Positions 33,450 to 45,359 of a DNA stretch of 64,000 nt are shown here, piece after piece. The notes under the pieces were generated by a model that made no database searches, was not told where the DNA came from, and worked only from the letters and a program-made list of their open reading frames with translations. The stretch is taken from assembly GCA_963707985.1 (NCBI GenBank), contig CAVPRW010000045.1, positions 32,001 to 96,000 of the forward strand, written 5' to 3'. The stretch's first letter is position 1, and every line of letters begins with the position of its first letter. This stretch comes from an uncultured Nitrospinota bacterium (GTDB lineage: Bacteria; Tectomicrobia; Entotheonellia; J063; CAVPRW01). Position numbers and translations under genes: made by a program.

Positions 33450-35192
33450 TCAGGCCTGGACCCATGGAGTTTTGCCTAGCGTATACGTGACATCCAGCAC
33501 AAAGTTGAGCGCCCGGCGCAACAGGTGTGCCAACGTGCGGATGGCCCCTGCAAAGCGAAAGGCTTTGAGTCCTCTCATCCGGAGCGGGCGGCCATTGGCG
33601 ATCACTTCCTGGTCGTAGCCGTTGGTCCGTTCACTGGCGGAGCGCGCTCCATAAAGGCCCTGCCACGCTGGGGTACCGCGCTGGATGGGGCCAATGAGGC
33701 GGGGATGGTCTCGGAACGCCATGCGATGGCTATAGCCTAGGACGCCGGAGCCGTGAGGACAGTGCCGTTGCTCCTCGGGCAGGCAGGGCCGGCCACAGAC
33801 GTATTGCCGAGAGTTGGCTTGATAATCATAGCCATTGGAGCGACACAGACGGCCACAGGGAGCATAGGGCGTGCCGTAGGGATCATAACCCCGCTTGACG
33901 AGGGCCTCGGGGGTGAGGTGTTCGTTGCGCGGGTTATAGGCAAAGACCGCGATACCGCCCTGCTCACCAAGCCCTTGGTAGTTGGTGGTGACATCATAGG
34001 CCGCATCCCCCAGCTGCACCTGGCCCGGCAGGACCGGGATGGCGAGGGTGGCGCGATGGGCAAGAAAATGGGTGCCCTCATTTGCGTCGGCTGGGGAGGT
34101 GGAGGTGCCCACGGGCAATTCCAGGCCCAGTACCTGGTTGATATCCGTGCTCTTCTGGTGCAGGTAGCCAAAGACCCGCTCGGTCTTAGATGGCTCCTTG
34201 GTATCCAGGTGATAGCCGACTTTGGCTTCAAGGTCCGATGGGACCTTGGGACACCTCCCGAGCAGCTCACCCTGGGGCCCGCGGCTGAGGTGGCACCCTT
34301 TGAGGTGGAGAGCAGGCACCTCACCTTGGGGGACTGCCAGTAGCGTGGCGACCTGCTGCAGGTCCGCGCGTGGGGGCGGCCTGGCGGGAACGTCTGCAAG
34401 CGCGATCAGGGTGACCTTGGGGACTCGCGGTACGCCCTGCTTGGCGGTGGCCTGGCGCACCTTCGTGACGACGTCGGGGAAGGGACAGGGCAGTTGGAGC
34501 CGCTTGGCCCCGCTGGACAACTGGTGGCGCAGCTCCTGTTGTCCGGCCTCGTCCACGCGGAATGAGCGGCAGCCCTCACCAGCGTATGGACAGCCCTTAT
34601 AGCGCGCATAGGATGGTTCGAGCTGGCCATCAGTGGAGAGCAACGCGCCTGTGATCAGGCCAAAGGTACGGAAGAGCGTCACCACCGCTGCCATGGTCTT
34701 GTCGATCGCCGTGGCGCCAACGCGAGAGCGGAAGTGACAGAGGTCATCCTCGCCGGGGATGGCGTCGTGGAGACCAGCCAGTTCTCGGTAGCGACGGCCC
34801 TTCTCGGCTTGCTGGAGATCGTCACAGAAGCGGGCATAGTCGACGTACTGATCCACTTTGGCGGCCACTTCGAGCACGATGAGACTGGCTGGGTCGTAGC
34901 AGGGGCCGCCTCGGGGACCATAGTGAGGCGCACAGATCGAACGGGTGAAGCTGAAGTCAAGCGTCGCGCCAACGAGCCAACTGAGGCCGCCATCGACATC
35001 GCCTTCGGTCGTCAGCACGATGGGGCGTGGTGTGAACTGATAGTGCGAGAGCCACCGGCTGGGGACCTTGGGAAAAGGCGTGGTAAACGTCTCCAGGTGG
35101 TGCTGATTCAGCGCGTCTGCATGGCTCACAAAGACCTCAAGATCAAAAGGCATAAGCTGATCGTGGGCAAGGGATAAGAGGTGTCGGCTCAT
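33450..35192 (-). mobile_element. Intact-looking DDE transposase (IS4/IS5-like or unclassified)
   Basis: STDGQL, FGY, GDAAYD and Y..RSASERTN (YREK-like) motifs. Confidence 0.7.
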
Positions 35193-35690
35193 AGCGGTTC
35201 CTCCTCGTGAAGAAGGACAGGTTTCATGGGAACTGCTATGATGCCTCATGTTGGTTGATTTGGCACGTCATCGCTTGGAAAGGCGGACTGCACGGGCCTC
35301 AGAATTCTTCAATTACCTTATCGTCATATGTTAATCGCCCAAGACCGATATCCGTCGTACCCCGGGCCTTTATAACCAAGTATTTCAGTGGCTGCCGCGG
35401 GAAAACTCGAACGACTTGCGCAGCACCTCGTCTGGAAAGCTAGAGTCGACTTCCACAATCCTATCCCCCTCAAGGCAGTCAAGCCTCCCAGTTACGCACC
35501 GATGCTGCGAGTAATCCGAAACCATATGGAAACCACTGCTCCAGGCAAAGGAGGTCTTGCACGAGTCGACGAGCCTCCTCGGTCCCACACTACGACAAGG
35601 GCTTCCGCACCTGTATTATAATGGAGATGCCTCATGACAGCAGGAAGGATAATACGAACAGATGACCACCCATCACGTGCCACTGGCTTA

Positions 35691-36057
35691 TGTTGTGGTT
35701 TAATGAAAACGGACACATTGAGCAGAGTGATAAGATCATGCAAGGAGGTGTCCGATGAAGACAGCGACGAGACAGGTCGACACAGCCGAATTCAAACGGG
35801 AAGCGGTCCGCCTGGTGACCCACCAGGGCGACGGGGTGAGTGAGGCGGCCCACAACCTGGGGATCAATACCCATATGTTGGGCCGCTGGAAACGCCAGGC
35901 TGAGGCGCAAGAGAACGGTGCCCGGGCAGGTAACGGTCGGCTGTCGTGAGAGCACGAGGAGCTGGAGCGGTTGCGGAAAGAGCACAAGCGTCTGCGGATG
36001 GAACGTGACATCTTCAAAAAAACAGTCCGCTTCTTTGCCAGCGAGTCGAACTGAAAT
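35691..36057 (+). mobile_element. IS3-family left end and orfA, truncated by ISKra4
   Basis: 5'-TG..gaaaacggacac end; EFKREAVRLV HTH and E.DI.KK...FFA; internal TGA. Confidence 0.8.
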
Positions 36058-37631
36058 GAGCGTACACGAAATGAGTTCAGAGTCAACGTAGCGCGAGGCA
36101 AGCGTTTCTGGGTGCGAGGGACCCTCCGTCCATGGGAGAACCTTGGGAACATCTGCGCAGAGTTCCTATGGTCTACCAGGCGAGGAGGATCCCCATGGAA
36201 GCCCTCGACGTCGAGATGAGGATCGCAGCAGGCGAGCAGGCGCTCCAGGCGTTGCTCACGTGTGCCAGGGAGCGTGCCGGCACGCTTGAGGCGCACGAAG
36301 CCGAGCAAGGTATCTGCAAGCGGCGGCTGCCCAGTGGGCTGGCGGCGATGCAACGCTCCGTCGCCGAGCGCGGGACCGGCGCTGTGGGACCGGCCGTCAC
36401 GCGGGCCGACGGGGCGATGCGGCCACGGCAGACGCCGCTGCGAGGGCGGGACTCCTGTTCGCTCTTCGGCACGTTCCAGGTGGCCCGCGCCTGCAGATGG
36501 CGCACCCGGGGAGCCCGGGAGCGTCCCGCTGGACGCGCAGGTCAACCTGCCCGAGCGGTGCGACTCGTAGGTCTGGCAGGAGTGGATGACATGGTTCGCG
36601 GTCGAGCACCCGTTCAAGGAGCGTGCGGGATGGTTCGCGCCGCTCTTGGACCTCGAGGTGGCCGAGAGCGTGCTGATGGAGGTGGCGCAGGAGGCGTCGG
36701 AAGACTACGAGGGCTTCTCGGCGCAACGGCCGTGCCCCGGAGGAAGACGTCGGAGCGCTCCTCGTCGTGCGTGTTGACGGCCAGGGGGTCCCCATGCTCA
36801 AGGCCGAGGCGGTCACGCTCAAGGCCACGTGGGGCACCGAGGTAGGAGAAGCGGCAGCAGCAGACGGCAGCAGCAAGGGGGCAAGGAGAAGGTCGTCGCC
36901 ACGGGCGCCGCAGGTCCGCCGGCGCGCCAGCCTGGTGCGGACGAAGCCGGCGGTGATGGAGTGCATCACCGCCGACGCCAAGCACCGGGATCCCCAGCAC
37001 CGCCAGCCCTGGGCGTCCTCCTTGATGGCGCCCTCGGCCTGTGGAACTTGGCGCCCAAGCTGTTCAAGCCGTGGAAGCGTGTGACGTGTGTCCTGGACAT
37101 CCTGCCTGTCGTCGGCTCCCGCTGGAGCGCTGCGAACGCGTTGTTCGGGGAAGGACCCCGGCCGGGCGACCGCTGCTGGGTGCGGGCGAAGTTGACGGCG
37201 ATTCTCCGAGGCAGGGTCGGATAGGTCATCGGCGGCCTGCGACGCCTCCTCACCAAGGAACGGGCCGGATTGCGACAGTCGGTGCGGGAGACGCTCGCGC
37301 ACGTCCGTCGTGTCTCCAGAACCACCGGCGCTGGAGGCACGACGACGTCCCTGGCGGCAGGCTTGCCCGTCGGGACCGGTGTCGTGGAGTCGGCCTGCGG
37401 CTCCGTCGGCAAGCGCCGGATCGAGGGCGAAGGCAAGCGCTGGAGTCTGGTAGGGGCAGGGGCGATTCTGACCTTGCGCTCGCTCACAAAGAGCCACGAT
37501 CATGATCTCCGTGACGACTGGCGGTTCCGTGCCCGCCAGATGCGAGGTCGCCTGTACGGTCACAAACCCCACTATAGGCCCGCGCCTCGATTGAGGCGTG
37601 TCGCGTCACCCAACTCAAAAAGGTCACGCTC
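36058..37631 (+). mobile_element. Second degenerate ISKra4-family element
   Basis: Paralog of 30868-32534; ends gagcgtacac.. / ..gtcacgctc; no TSD. Confidence 0.85.
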
Positions 37632-38205
37632 ATTCAAGATGGCCTCGAGGAAGCAGGGATATCCCACGACCGTCAGAGAACTGGCCCAGCACTTTGGGGT
37701 CTCCATTCGGACGGCGCAAGCCCACCTCGGAGCCCTTGAGCGTAAGGGTACCCTCAAACGATGTCCCTTCCAGGCACGGGGACTGTACCTGACGGCTCCT
37801 GAAGAATGGTCTGGGGGCGAGTCGTCCGGAACGTCCCCATTGTGGGGCCGGTCGCTGCCGGGACTCCCCTGCTTGCGGTGGAAAATATCGAAGAGGTGAT
37901 CCCGGTGTACACAGAGTGGGCAAAGGGAGAGGAGCTTTTCTTTGTGCGTGTGAAGGGCGAGAGCATGGTGCCAACCCTTTGGGATGGGGATGACCTGCTG
38001 AATACGGCGGCAGGCGGCTGTGGAGAATGACGCCATCGCTGTCGCCTTGATTGAGGGAGAGGTGGTGGTCAAAAGAGTTGTACGGACCGGCCATCATCTC
38101 ACACTGAAACCAGACAATAACGCATTTCCGATACAAACAGTCAATCTGCAGCAGCAGACGGTGCAGATCTTGGGGAAAGCCGTGGCGTGTTACCGGAAGT
38201 TATGA
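37632..38205 (+). pseudogene. lexA: LexA repressor, 5'-truncated and frameshifted
   Basis: GYPTTVRELA..FG....HL.ALERKG, VPIVG.VAAG.P (cleavage site AG), V.GESM (Ser), VVKR (Lys). Confidence 0.85.
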
Positions 38206-38368
38206 ATGACTCTCTGCGATCCAGCGAGATCTCGAAGATGTCCTCAGGGACGACCTGCCACCTCCGTGCGAGACCCGATTATGCTGGATTGGCACGGCTG
38301 AGGGACATAATTCTGCGGGCGTAACTCGCTAACGAGCATAGGCCCTCTATTTTCACGGTGCTATAGAA

Positions 38369-39839
38369 CAATACCTTCGCCAAAAATGGAGATGAAACAG
38401 GACGGCTGAGCACCGTATGGAGATGAGGCAGGGCGGTTGAGTCACCGTGTAGAATATGGATTCCCCAACCCAACCCTACACCAGGAGCCACCGCCCATGC
38501 CGGATATTATGGTGCTTTGATCGCTTGTTTAAGCCAGTGTCTGGATCGGACCACCATCCGCCAACTGCCGTCGGGTCGCCGAAGCGCTGCTGTCGATGAC
38601 CGGTCGGGTGACGATGCGGGGCATTGCCCGCTGGGCCGACAAAGGGGGCAGTTATCGGACGATTCAACGTTTTTTCACGACCAGCCTGAGCTGGGGCACG
38701 CTGCAATGGGTGCTGATTCGCCACCATCTCTTGCGAGCAGGATGATGTCCTCGTGATGGGTGGCGATGAAGTGGTGGTGCACGAAAGCGGGCCAGCAGAC
38801 ATATGGATTGGATCGGTTTTTTTCTTCCCTCTATGGGAAGATGGTTCCTGGCCTGGGTTTTCTGAGTTTATCCCTGATGAGCGTCAAGCGTCGTACCTCT
38901 TACCCTGTCATCATGGAACAAATGGAGCCAAAGCACACGGGCCAATCCTCCTGAAGCGCCCCAGAAACAAGCCTCGGGAAAACGAGGACGCCCGAAAGGC
39001 GGGAAAAATCGGCATCGACGAGACGTCGTGTTGACCCCTTATGTGCGATTCGTCCAAGAGACCATCAACGGCCTCCTGAAGTTGATCGTCGAGCACGTCA
39101 AGGTGAGGTACTTTGTCTATGATGGGGCATTGTGGCCATCATGACGCACTGCACATGGTCAAACAACTTGGTTTCCATTTGATATCAAAACTGCGCTATG
39201 ATGCTGCGTTGTACTTTCCCCTATCATGGACCATATGCTGGACGTGGGCAGCGTAAAAAGTATGGCACAAAGCTCGATTATCGGCATCTTCCTGACACGG
39301 CTTTAAAAGCATCTTCTGTTGAAGAAGATATCGAGACACAAATCTATCAGATGCACATATGGCATAAAAAATTTGCTGATTTGCTGAATGTCGTGGTGAT
39401 AGTCAAAACCAATATAAAAACGCAAGCCGTGGCGCATGTCGTCTTATGCAGCAGTGACTTGGACCTTCCGTATGATCAATTGATAGACTATGATCGTTTG
39501 CGTTTCCAGCTGGAGTTCAATTTTCGTGATGCCAAACAATATGGGGGCTTGGAAGATTTCATGACGGTGAAGCAAACGCCGGTTTACAACAGTGCGAATC
39601 TTGCCATGGTTATGGTCAATCTCTCCCACGCCGTGATGCGTCCCCTGCAACCGCATTGGCCAGGGTTGAGTGTGAACGATCTGAAGGCCTGGTTCCGGAG
39701 CCGGAAGTATGTGGTAGAAACCTTCCAATGGCTTCCGGAACTGCCGGAGCCTATTTTTATTGAGCAGGCGATTGCACAGGTGGCAGCACTAGGGCGGGTT
39801 AACCAGGTCGTCAACCTCATCTAATTGGCCGAGGTATTG
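38369..39839 (+). mobile_element. IS4/IS701-like element, degenerate (copy A)
   Basis: IRs caataccttcgccaa / ttggccgaggtattg; Y.LRFQLEFNFRDAKQ..GLED. Confidence 0.85.
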
Positions 39840-40027
39840 AATAAAAGGGAAGAATCTTGTCAGAATTGGCCGCAAACAGGATGACCGTAGGGCGGGAGTA
39901 CCAGCCATCAGTCGCGAAAAGGTGCATAGCGGTAGACACTATGCTGACTATGGCAATTATCACTGTAGTATGGCATCGCCGCATACAAAAACGTCCTTCA
40001 CGAGGATATGGACTGGATTGGTGGTTG

Positions 40028-40225
40028 CTATCGCGTTCGTCGATGGCTTCGACGGCGTCGCTTCCAGGCCCACTTAAAGCCTAATACGATAGCAGTGCAC
40101 ATCCCGGCGACTACCGTTGTCTCACGAGGCGATAGAGGGATATCGGGTGTTACGACATAAAACACTGCCCAAATCACCAGGGTCAACGCAATGGTGATGA
40201 GAATTGTGGCAACCGATGCTCGCAC
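40028..40225 (-). CDS. Small two-TM membrane protein
   Basis: GGAGGAG RBS before GTG; two hydrophobic helices and a basic tail. Confidence 0.5.
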   Translation of the reverse strand: MRASVATILITIALTLVIWAVFYVVTPDIPLSPRETTVVAGMCTAIVLGFKWAWKRRRRSHRRTR

Positions 40226-40304
40226 ATAAGTCTCCTCCGTTGATTGTTTTTTTTGGTAATCTATCGCTGCTTCGCCGTCTATGGTCGCTTCGGTCTCTCT
40301 GAGC

Positions 40305-40385
40305 CTATTTCACGGTTTTCCTCCAGCACTCATTCCACGTTTCTACCCCTTGCTTCAGCCGTGTGAGATGTTCCTCGTTCGCCAT
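40305..40385 (-). pseudogene. N-terminal stub of a pentapeptide-repeat-type protein
   Basis: MANEEHLTRLKQGVETWNE leader is typical of these proteins; early stop. Confidence 0.5.
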
Positions 40386-40828
40386 AGATTACCCTCTCTT
40401 CCCTACTGCAGCTCAAAGAACTCACAGGATTTTCTCTAGCCGTGGATATCGCGGTGAATTTGCCACATTCGGTGGAGTGTAACGTTCGGATGAATGCTGG
40501 CGGTCAGTTGACCGAATTCTCCGAACGTTAGATACCTTCCCATATCTCGAATATCATGGACTGGGACCGTGTGATGTTCTCGTACAGGAGCCGAGATCAC
40601 CATCGGGATAGGTGCCGTGGTCGGAGGCACAGGAGTGCCAGCGGTGACACCCAGAACGGTGGGCTTCTGTCCTGGTGAGACAGGCCATCGGTAGCACCAA
40701 GCGCAGCATCCGTCGATAGCCGAGCGGTTGGTCGCTCATGTCTCAGGACCTCGCGCCATGACGGTGAGCATCAGCCCTCACCGCGTCTCGTCCTCCTCGA
40801 CCACCTCGTAGGCCTCGACCACCATCGT

Positions 40829-42021
40829 GGCCTCACAGGAGCAAATGCCGGAAAATGTACGGTACCGACGCTGGCTCAAAACTACACTTTTCGGTCAGCG
40901 TCCCATGAGCTGGGAGACTGTCTTCTCACATTCCCCATGCAAAACTGCTGTGACCCCAAAGTGGCCCATGTTCCGGCGAACCGTTGCCGTATCTCCATTA
41001 GAGTTTTGGCACCCGCACCGTACTGCTGACCATAGCGGTGCCGCTGAGCGCATAGATGAGTGTCAACGGGTGGAGCACCCCCCCCATGAACGCATACGCG
41101 CCGAACCAGAGGGTCTCCTCGATGCGGCCCAGTGTCCACGCGATGCCGAGGAGCATGACGATCAACAGGTTGGCGGGGATCGGGATGCCCTCATAGTACG
41201 GCACCTTGCCCGTCGTATCCGCCAGGGTGGCGTGCGTCACGTTATAGCGCGCCAGCCGGCTGATGCCGCACCCCACATAATAGGTCAGGACCACCACGTC
41301 CCAGAACCCCCGGAGCCCTAGACTAAACCCGAGGACGGCCGGTACGACGCCAAAGGAGATGATATCCGCCAGCGAATCCAGGTCGGCCCCGAGGCTCGAG
41401 TGCTGGCTCCAGCGGCGTGCCACATAGCCATCCAGCCCGTCAAAGGCCAAGGCCAGCGGCACGACGAGAAACACCGCCCACAGAAACCCCCGCTGCCCCT
41501 CGGTGAGATAGTACAGGCAAAGGAAGAGGGAGACCATGCCACAGCTGGCATTGCCGAAGGTCAAGAGGTCGGCCCAGACGAATGACCGCAGCATCTGGAA
41601 GTGCGGTCGCCGGGGCTCACCCGTACGGTCAGGCTTCGCCATCTTCATCAAGCCCTCCTGTGGGCTACGGCGCCATCGCCCCCGATCACGTGGACGGTGA
41701 GGGCTGGCAGAGCCGCGGCCCCATTGAAGCCCTCTTGGCCCTCCAGGAGCAAGTGGCGGAAAATTTACTGTAAGACCACTTGAGGGAGATGTGCCCTCGT
41801 TAAAACAACGTCTTGGCAGTCTGAGAGTTTGTTGGCAAGAACGCGGTGTAGAAACCGTCGTCATGACGCTTTGGCCTGTGTGGCCAAAAACCCCTGAAAT
41901 TGCGTCATCGTAACCAATTGATTTTTCATACTCGTCTGAGCAGTAAGTGCCATGACCAAAAGGTGTAGTTTTGAGCCAGCGTCGTTACCGTACATTTTCC
42001 GGCATTTGCTCCTGTGAGGCC
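40829..42021. mobile_element. Non-autonomous element bounded by ~69-bp inverted repeats (Tn3-like outer 38 bp)
   Basis: ggcctcacaggagcaaatgccggaaaatgtacggta(c/a)cgacgctggctcaaaactacac..ggtca at 40829 and inverted at 41953-42021. Confidence 0.75.
40998..41648 (-). CDS. pssA: CDP-diacylglycerol--serine O-phosphatidyltransferase (CDP-alcohol phosphatidyltransferase)
   Basis: T.GN..CG, DGLDGYVAR....S.LGADLDSLAD.ISFGV.P, RLARYN, G.PIP. Confidence 0.85.
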   Translation of the reverse strand: MKMAKPDRTGEPRRPHFQMLRSFVWADLLTFGNASCGMVSLFLCLYYLTEGQRGFLWAVFLVVPLALAFDGLDGYVARRWSQHSSLGADLDSLADIISFGVVPAVLGFSLGLRGFWDVVVLTYYVGCGISRLARYNVTHATLADTTGKVPYYEGIPIPANLLIVMLLGIAWTLGRIEETLWFGAYAFMGGVLHPLTLIYALSGTAMVSSTVRVPKL

Positions 42022-42280
42022 CTGTTGCGCGGCTTGTGCTTGTTGCAGATAGACGAGGGCGGCGTGCAGGCGACTGGGTGGTAGTAATGCTAGCACCGCC
42101 TCATCGTCCCAATTGCTAAACAGCTCGAAGAGCACATCCATCAAGTCAGTATTTGTTGCTTCCATCAGTGAGATAATTTGCTCAATTTGCGCTTGGTTCG
42201 CTGGCCTGGTCCCTTCTGGATTCAAGCTGACTATGTAAGCTTGATTCTGACCCTCAGCGACTTCTGTTCTATGACGTGGC

Positions 42281-42718
42281 TCAGGCCTCCGGCCAGAACT
42301 CCTCATCCAGCACCTGGGCAATCGGCCACGGGCAGACCTCGGGGCAGGTCACCAGCGGCAGGCCGGTGTCGTCGGCCGCATCACGTCTGGCCCGCCGATA
42401 GGCCAGGGGCACCCGCTGCGCAGGATCGTTGTGCCGGCTGTGACGGCCGTCGATCACATCGACGATCGCGTCGCGGGCCTGGCCGATCGTGCGGCGCCAA
42501 CTCGGGGTCCGGTGGGTCGATTGATCGCGCCATGTCAAGCGAGGGGCGAGCAGACGTGGCCACTGGCGGCTCATCGCGCGCGTCTCGTGCATGCCGATGA
42601 TCTCGATCACTTCGACCAGGGGCTCGATGTCGAGGGCGGGCCAATCTTTTGTCTGCAGGGCTTGCGCCTGGGCCTGCGTCCAGGCGTAGAAATCGGTGTC
42701 ATAGGGTGGGGTGGTCAT
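42281..42718 (-). CDS. DUF29 family protein (possibly decayed)
   Basis: YDTDFYAW...QA..L, SWRRTI...R, AYRRAR..A...TGL, CPW....VLDEEFWP. Confidence 0.85.
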   Translation of the reverse strand: MTTPPYDTDFYAWTQAQAQALQTKDWPALDIEPLVEVIEIIGMHETRAMSRQWPRLLAPRLTWRDQSTHRTPSWRRTIGQARDAIVDVIDGRHSRHNDPAQRVPLAYRRARRDAADDTGLPLVTCPEVCPWPIAQVLDEEFWPEA

Positions 42719-43251
42719 CGCGTCTATTCTCCCTGGGGACATCGCCATGCTTCACTCGCCCCAGCGCCTGCATAAGGTCCTCTACGCCGCAGCCTTCGTC
42801 GGTTTCAATCTCCCACAGCGCCGGCGGCTCCTAATGAACGTAGAAGGCGCCAATGGTCTAGGACTCCATGCGGGTGGCATCGTCCAACCAGCGGTGCGAC
42901 CAGAAGATGATGGCGGCCGAGCGCGCGTCATAGTGGCCACCCTGCTCCACGTCGTGCTTGCGCACATACCCAAATCCCAAGTACCGCCGGGCCTCCTGCT
43001 GAATAGTGGCCTGCCGCTTTCGGTGTTGCCGCCACCATTCACGCTCCTGACCGGACATCGCTTCTTCCCAGATCGCCTGCTTCATCTCGGGGCGCTTCTG
43101 CTGCAGTTCCCGTCGGCGCCGGTCGCGGCGCTCCACCCGCCACAAGACCTGCCAGACCTGGGCTGTGGCGGCGAGGAATGTCAACGCGGTTACGGCAGAG
43201 AGTTCAAGAACTCACACATGTCTATGCCGTCAGGTCTCCGGCTGCTCGTGG

Positions 43252-43617
43252 TTATCGTCGTGGCGCTTTGGCCTTGGCTTTCGCTTGGTCCCGCGTGCGT
43301 TGCTCCAGCACCTCCAACCCGTGTACGACGGCCAAGCGCAGCACCGCAGTTTTCGACATGCGCCCCACGGCGCGCAGCTCCGGGTCTTCCGCCAAGAGCT
43401 GCGCCAAGGCCTCGGCGCGCAGGTGTACCTCACGCGGCAACCGCAGGTGGGTGGGTTCTTCCAAACGTTCAGTCATCAGCCTCTCCATCGTCTTGATCGG
43501 CGGGTCGCCCGCCAGAAATCTGGCCGTGCGCTCAGCCAACTCGGGCTGCCGCCGCAGGTGCTCGGTCAATCGCGTCTCGATCGCACGGACCCGCGCGAGG
43601 TCGATGGGTCTCGCCAT
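43252..43617 (-). CDS. Small protein with a possible C-terminal ribbon-helix-helix domain
   Basis: THLRLP strand then two helices (SKTAVLRLAV); ATG directly after the recombinase stop. Confidence 0.45.
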   Translation of the reverse strand: MARPIDLARVRAIETRLTEHLRRQPELAERTARFLAGDPPIKTMERLMTERLEEPTHLRLPREVHLRAEALAQLLAEDPELRAVGRMSKTAVLRLAVVHGLEVLEQRTRDQAKAKAKAPRR

Positions 43618-44313
43618 CTAGGCTACCGCCGCATGTAAGAGGTCGCGCACGGTCTTGGGGTTCCACGCATGGCATTGGCGGGGCAAGAGGCCGCGATCAG
43701 CGAGGCGGACGCCAATCTTCCGCAAGGACAGTCCGGCCGCCTTCAGCCCCAACGCGTCACGGATAATCGCCTGCTCGGCGGCGTGTGGGTCGAGGTGGAT
43801 GCCATCGGCGGCGAGCTGCCAGCCATAGGGCGGCGCACCACCGGTATATTCGCGCTGCTGGCGCTTGTAGGCCATCGCCTCGGCGGTGCGTTTGCCAATG
43901 GTCTCACGCTTCCACTGGCTGACCGCCGCCAGGATATTGAGCACCATGCGCCCGGCCGCCGTGCGCGTGTCGATCTGCTCACTCACCGACATCAGGGACC
44001 ACTTCCCCGCCAGAAAGTAGGTCTCGACCAACAGCCCCAAGTCTTTGACGGAGCGGGTTAACCGGTCGAGTTTCACCACCAGCAATGCCTCGGCCTCGCA
44101 CGCCTTGAGACGGCCGAGCGCCTGCTGCAGCGCTGGCCGCTGCAAGGTCTTGGCGCTCACCCCAGCATCGATCTCGATTGCCACGAGGGCGAGGTCATAG
44201 AGCGCGGCATACGTCATCAGCTTCGTCTGCTGCGCCTCCAGGCTGAGCCCGTGCTCGACTTGTTTGTCCGTGCTGACTCGAACATACGCCACGGTCGGGA
44301 CCTGCGGTCTCAT
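43618..44313 (-). CDS. Serine recombinase (resolvase domain + short recombinase domain)
   Basis: AYVRVSTDKQ, SL..Q, D.GVS, RPAL, KLDRLTRS, GG.PPYGW. Confidence 0.9.
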   Translation of the reverse strand: MRPQVPTVAYVRVSTDKQVEHGLSLEAQQTKLMTYAALYDLALVAIEIDAGVSAKTLQRPALQQALGRLKACEAEALLVVKLDRLTRSVKDLGLLVETYFLAGKWSLMSVSEQIDTRTAAGRMVLNILAAVSQWKRETIGKRTAEAMAYKRQQREYTGGAPPYGWQLAADGIHLDPHAAEQAIIRDALGLKAAGLSLRKIGVRLADRGLLPRQCHAWNPKTVRDLLHAAVA

Positions 44314-44563
44314 CGGCTGCCACCCTCCATGATATTGCTGTGCTGCTCGTGCTCGCCGATGCCTCACTATACCACAAATAGACCACATCGACAACACATC
44401 CAGGAGGTGTGCGGTGGCCGAACTGTTACCGCGGGACCCCGCGGTAACAGCCGCGGAGGTCCATCGGGACGGATCAGGCTGCGGGACCGGGGGCACGCAC
44501 GTGTCAAGAAAAGGTCATCGCCACGCGATAAAAGCAGGGAGGAGGTCAAAGAAAGGAGATTTT

Positions 44564-45321
44564 ATGCACAGTAGTCATACCAAACTGACCGTGATGCTCA
44601 TGTTGGCGGGGCTCGTGCTCACCTGCCCTGCAGGGTTTCAGGCCTTTGGTGGTGATTCAGAGCTGGATCGTCGAACTCTGCGTGGCTTGCAAGGCGTAGC
44701 TGTTATGGTGGAGACCATTGCAGCAGAGGCCGAACGCGATGGGTTAACGAAACGCCAAGTTCAGACCGATGTGGAGCTTCGGCTACGACAGTCTGGCATT
44801 CATGTCTTATCGCTTGCAGAAGGACTTACCACACCGGGAAGGCCATACTTATATATCCATGTCGCCGCCGCAAAGCGCGACGGGATGAGATTCTACGCCT
44901 ACGATGTCAGCGTGAGGCTGAATCAAGATGTTTGGCTTGACCGCGATCTGGATATCAAGGGTCTTGGGATTACCACATGGGATGTCGGTGCAGTTGGAAG
45001 CATCGGGGACGCCATGATCAGGGACCTTCGAGAGTCTGTGCTTGACAAGGTCGACCAATTCATCAACGCCTATCTGGCCGTCAATCCCGAGCAAGCCGGC
45101 GCGGGAAGACACAGCCGAAACAAGGAGAACCTCGTTCCTGACGCCTCCATCATCCGGGCGGTCCAGTGGCAGCTACAGGAGGGGGGGGTGACCCCGGCCC
45201 TGTCGATGGTAAGCTCGGCACGCAAACGCGACTCGCGCTGCAGCAATATCAAACGCGGCAGGGACTCCCCACAACCGGCGAGCTTGACGAGAAGACGCGT
45301 CGCGCGCTCGGGCTTAAGTAA
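44564..45321 (+). CDS. Secreted protein with C-terminal peptidoglycan-binding domain; frameshift at the poly-G run near 45181
   Basis: Signal peptide; after the shift DPGPVDGKLGTQTRLALQQYQ...GLP.TGELD..T..ALG. Confidence 0.7.
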
Positions 45322-45359
45322 CTGGTTTGTAGGGGTACTAGTCGTGAGGGAAAGGCCCC

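Noticed and set aside
35300..35690. Minus-strand gene remnant (GWSSVRIILPAVMRHLHYNTGAEALVVV)
   Set aside because: Looks coding but is too fragmented between IS elements to assign
42711..43496. 261-aa plus-strand ORF and similar long shadow ORFs (7753-8484, 26039-26848, 30799-31875, 36397-37572)
   Set aside because: Antisense to better-supported genes; expected in GC-rich DNA
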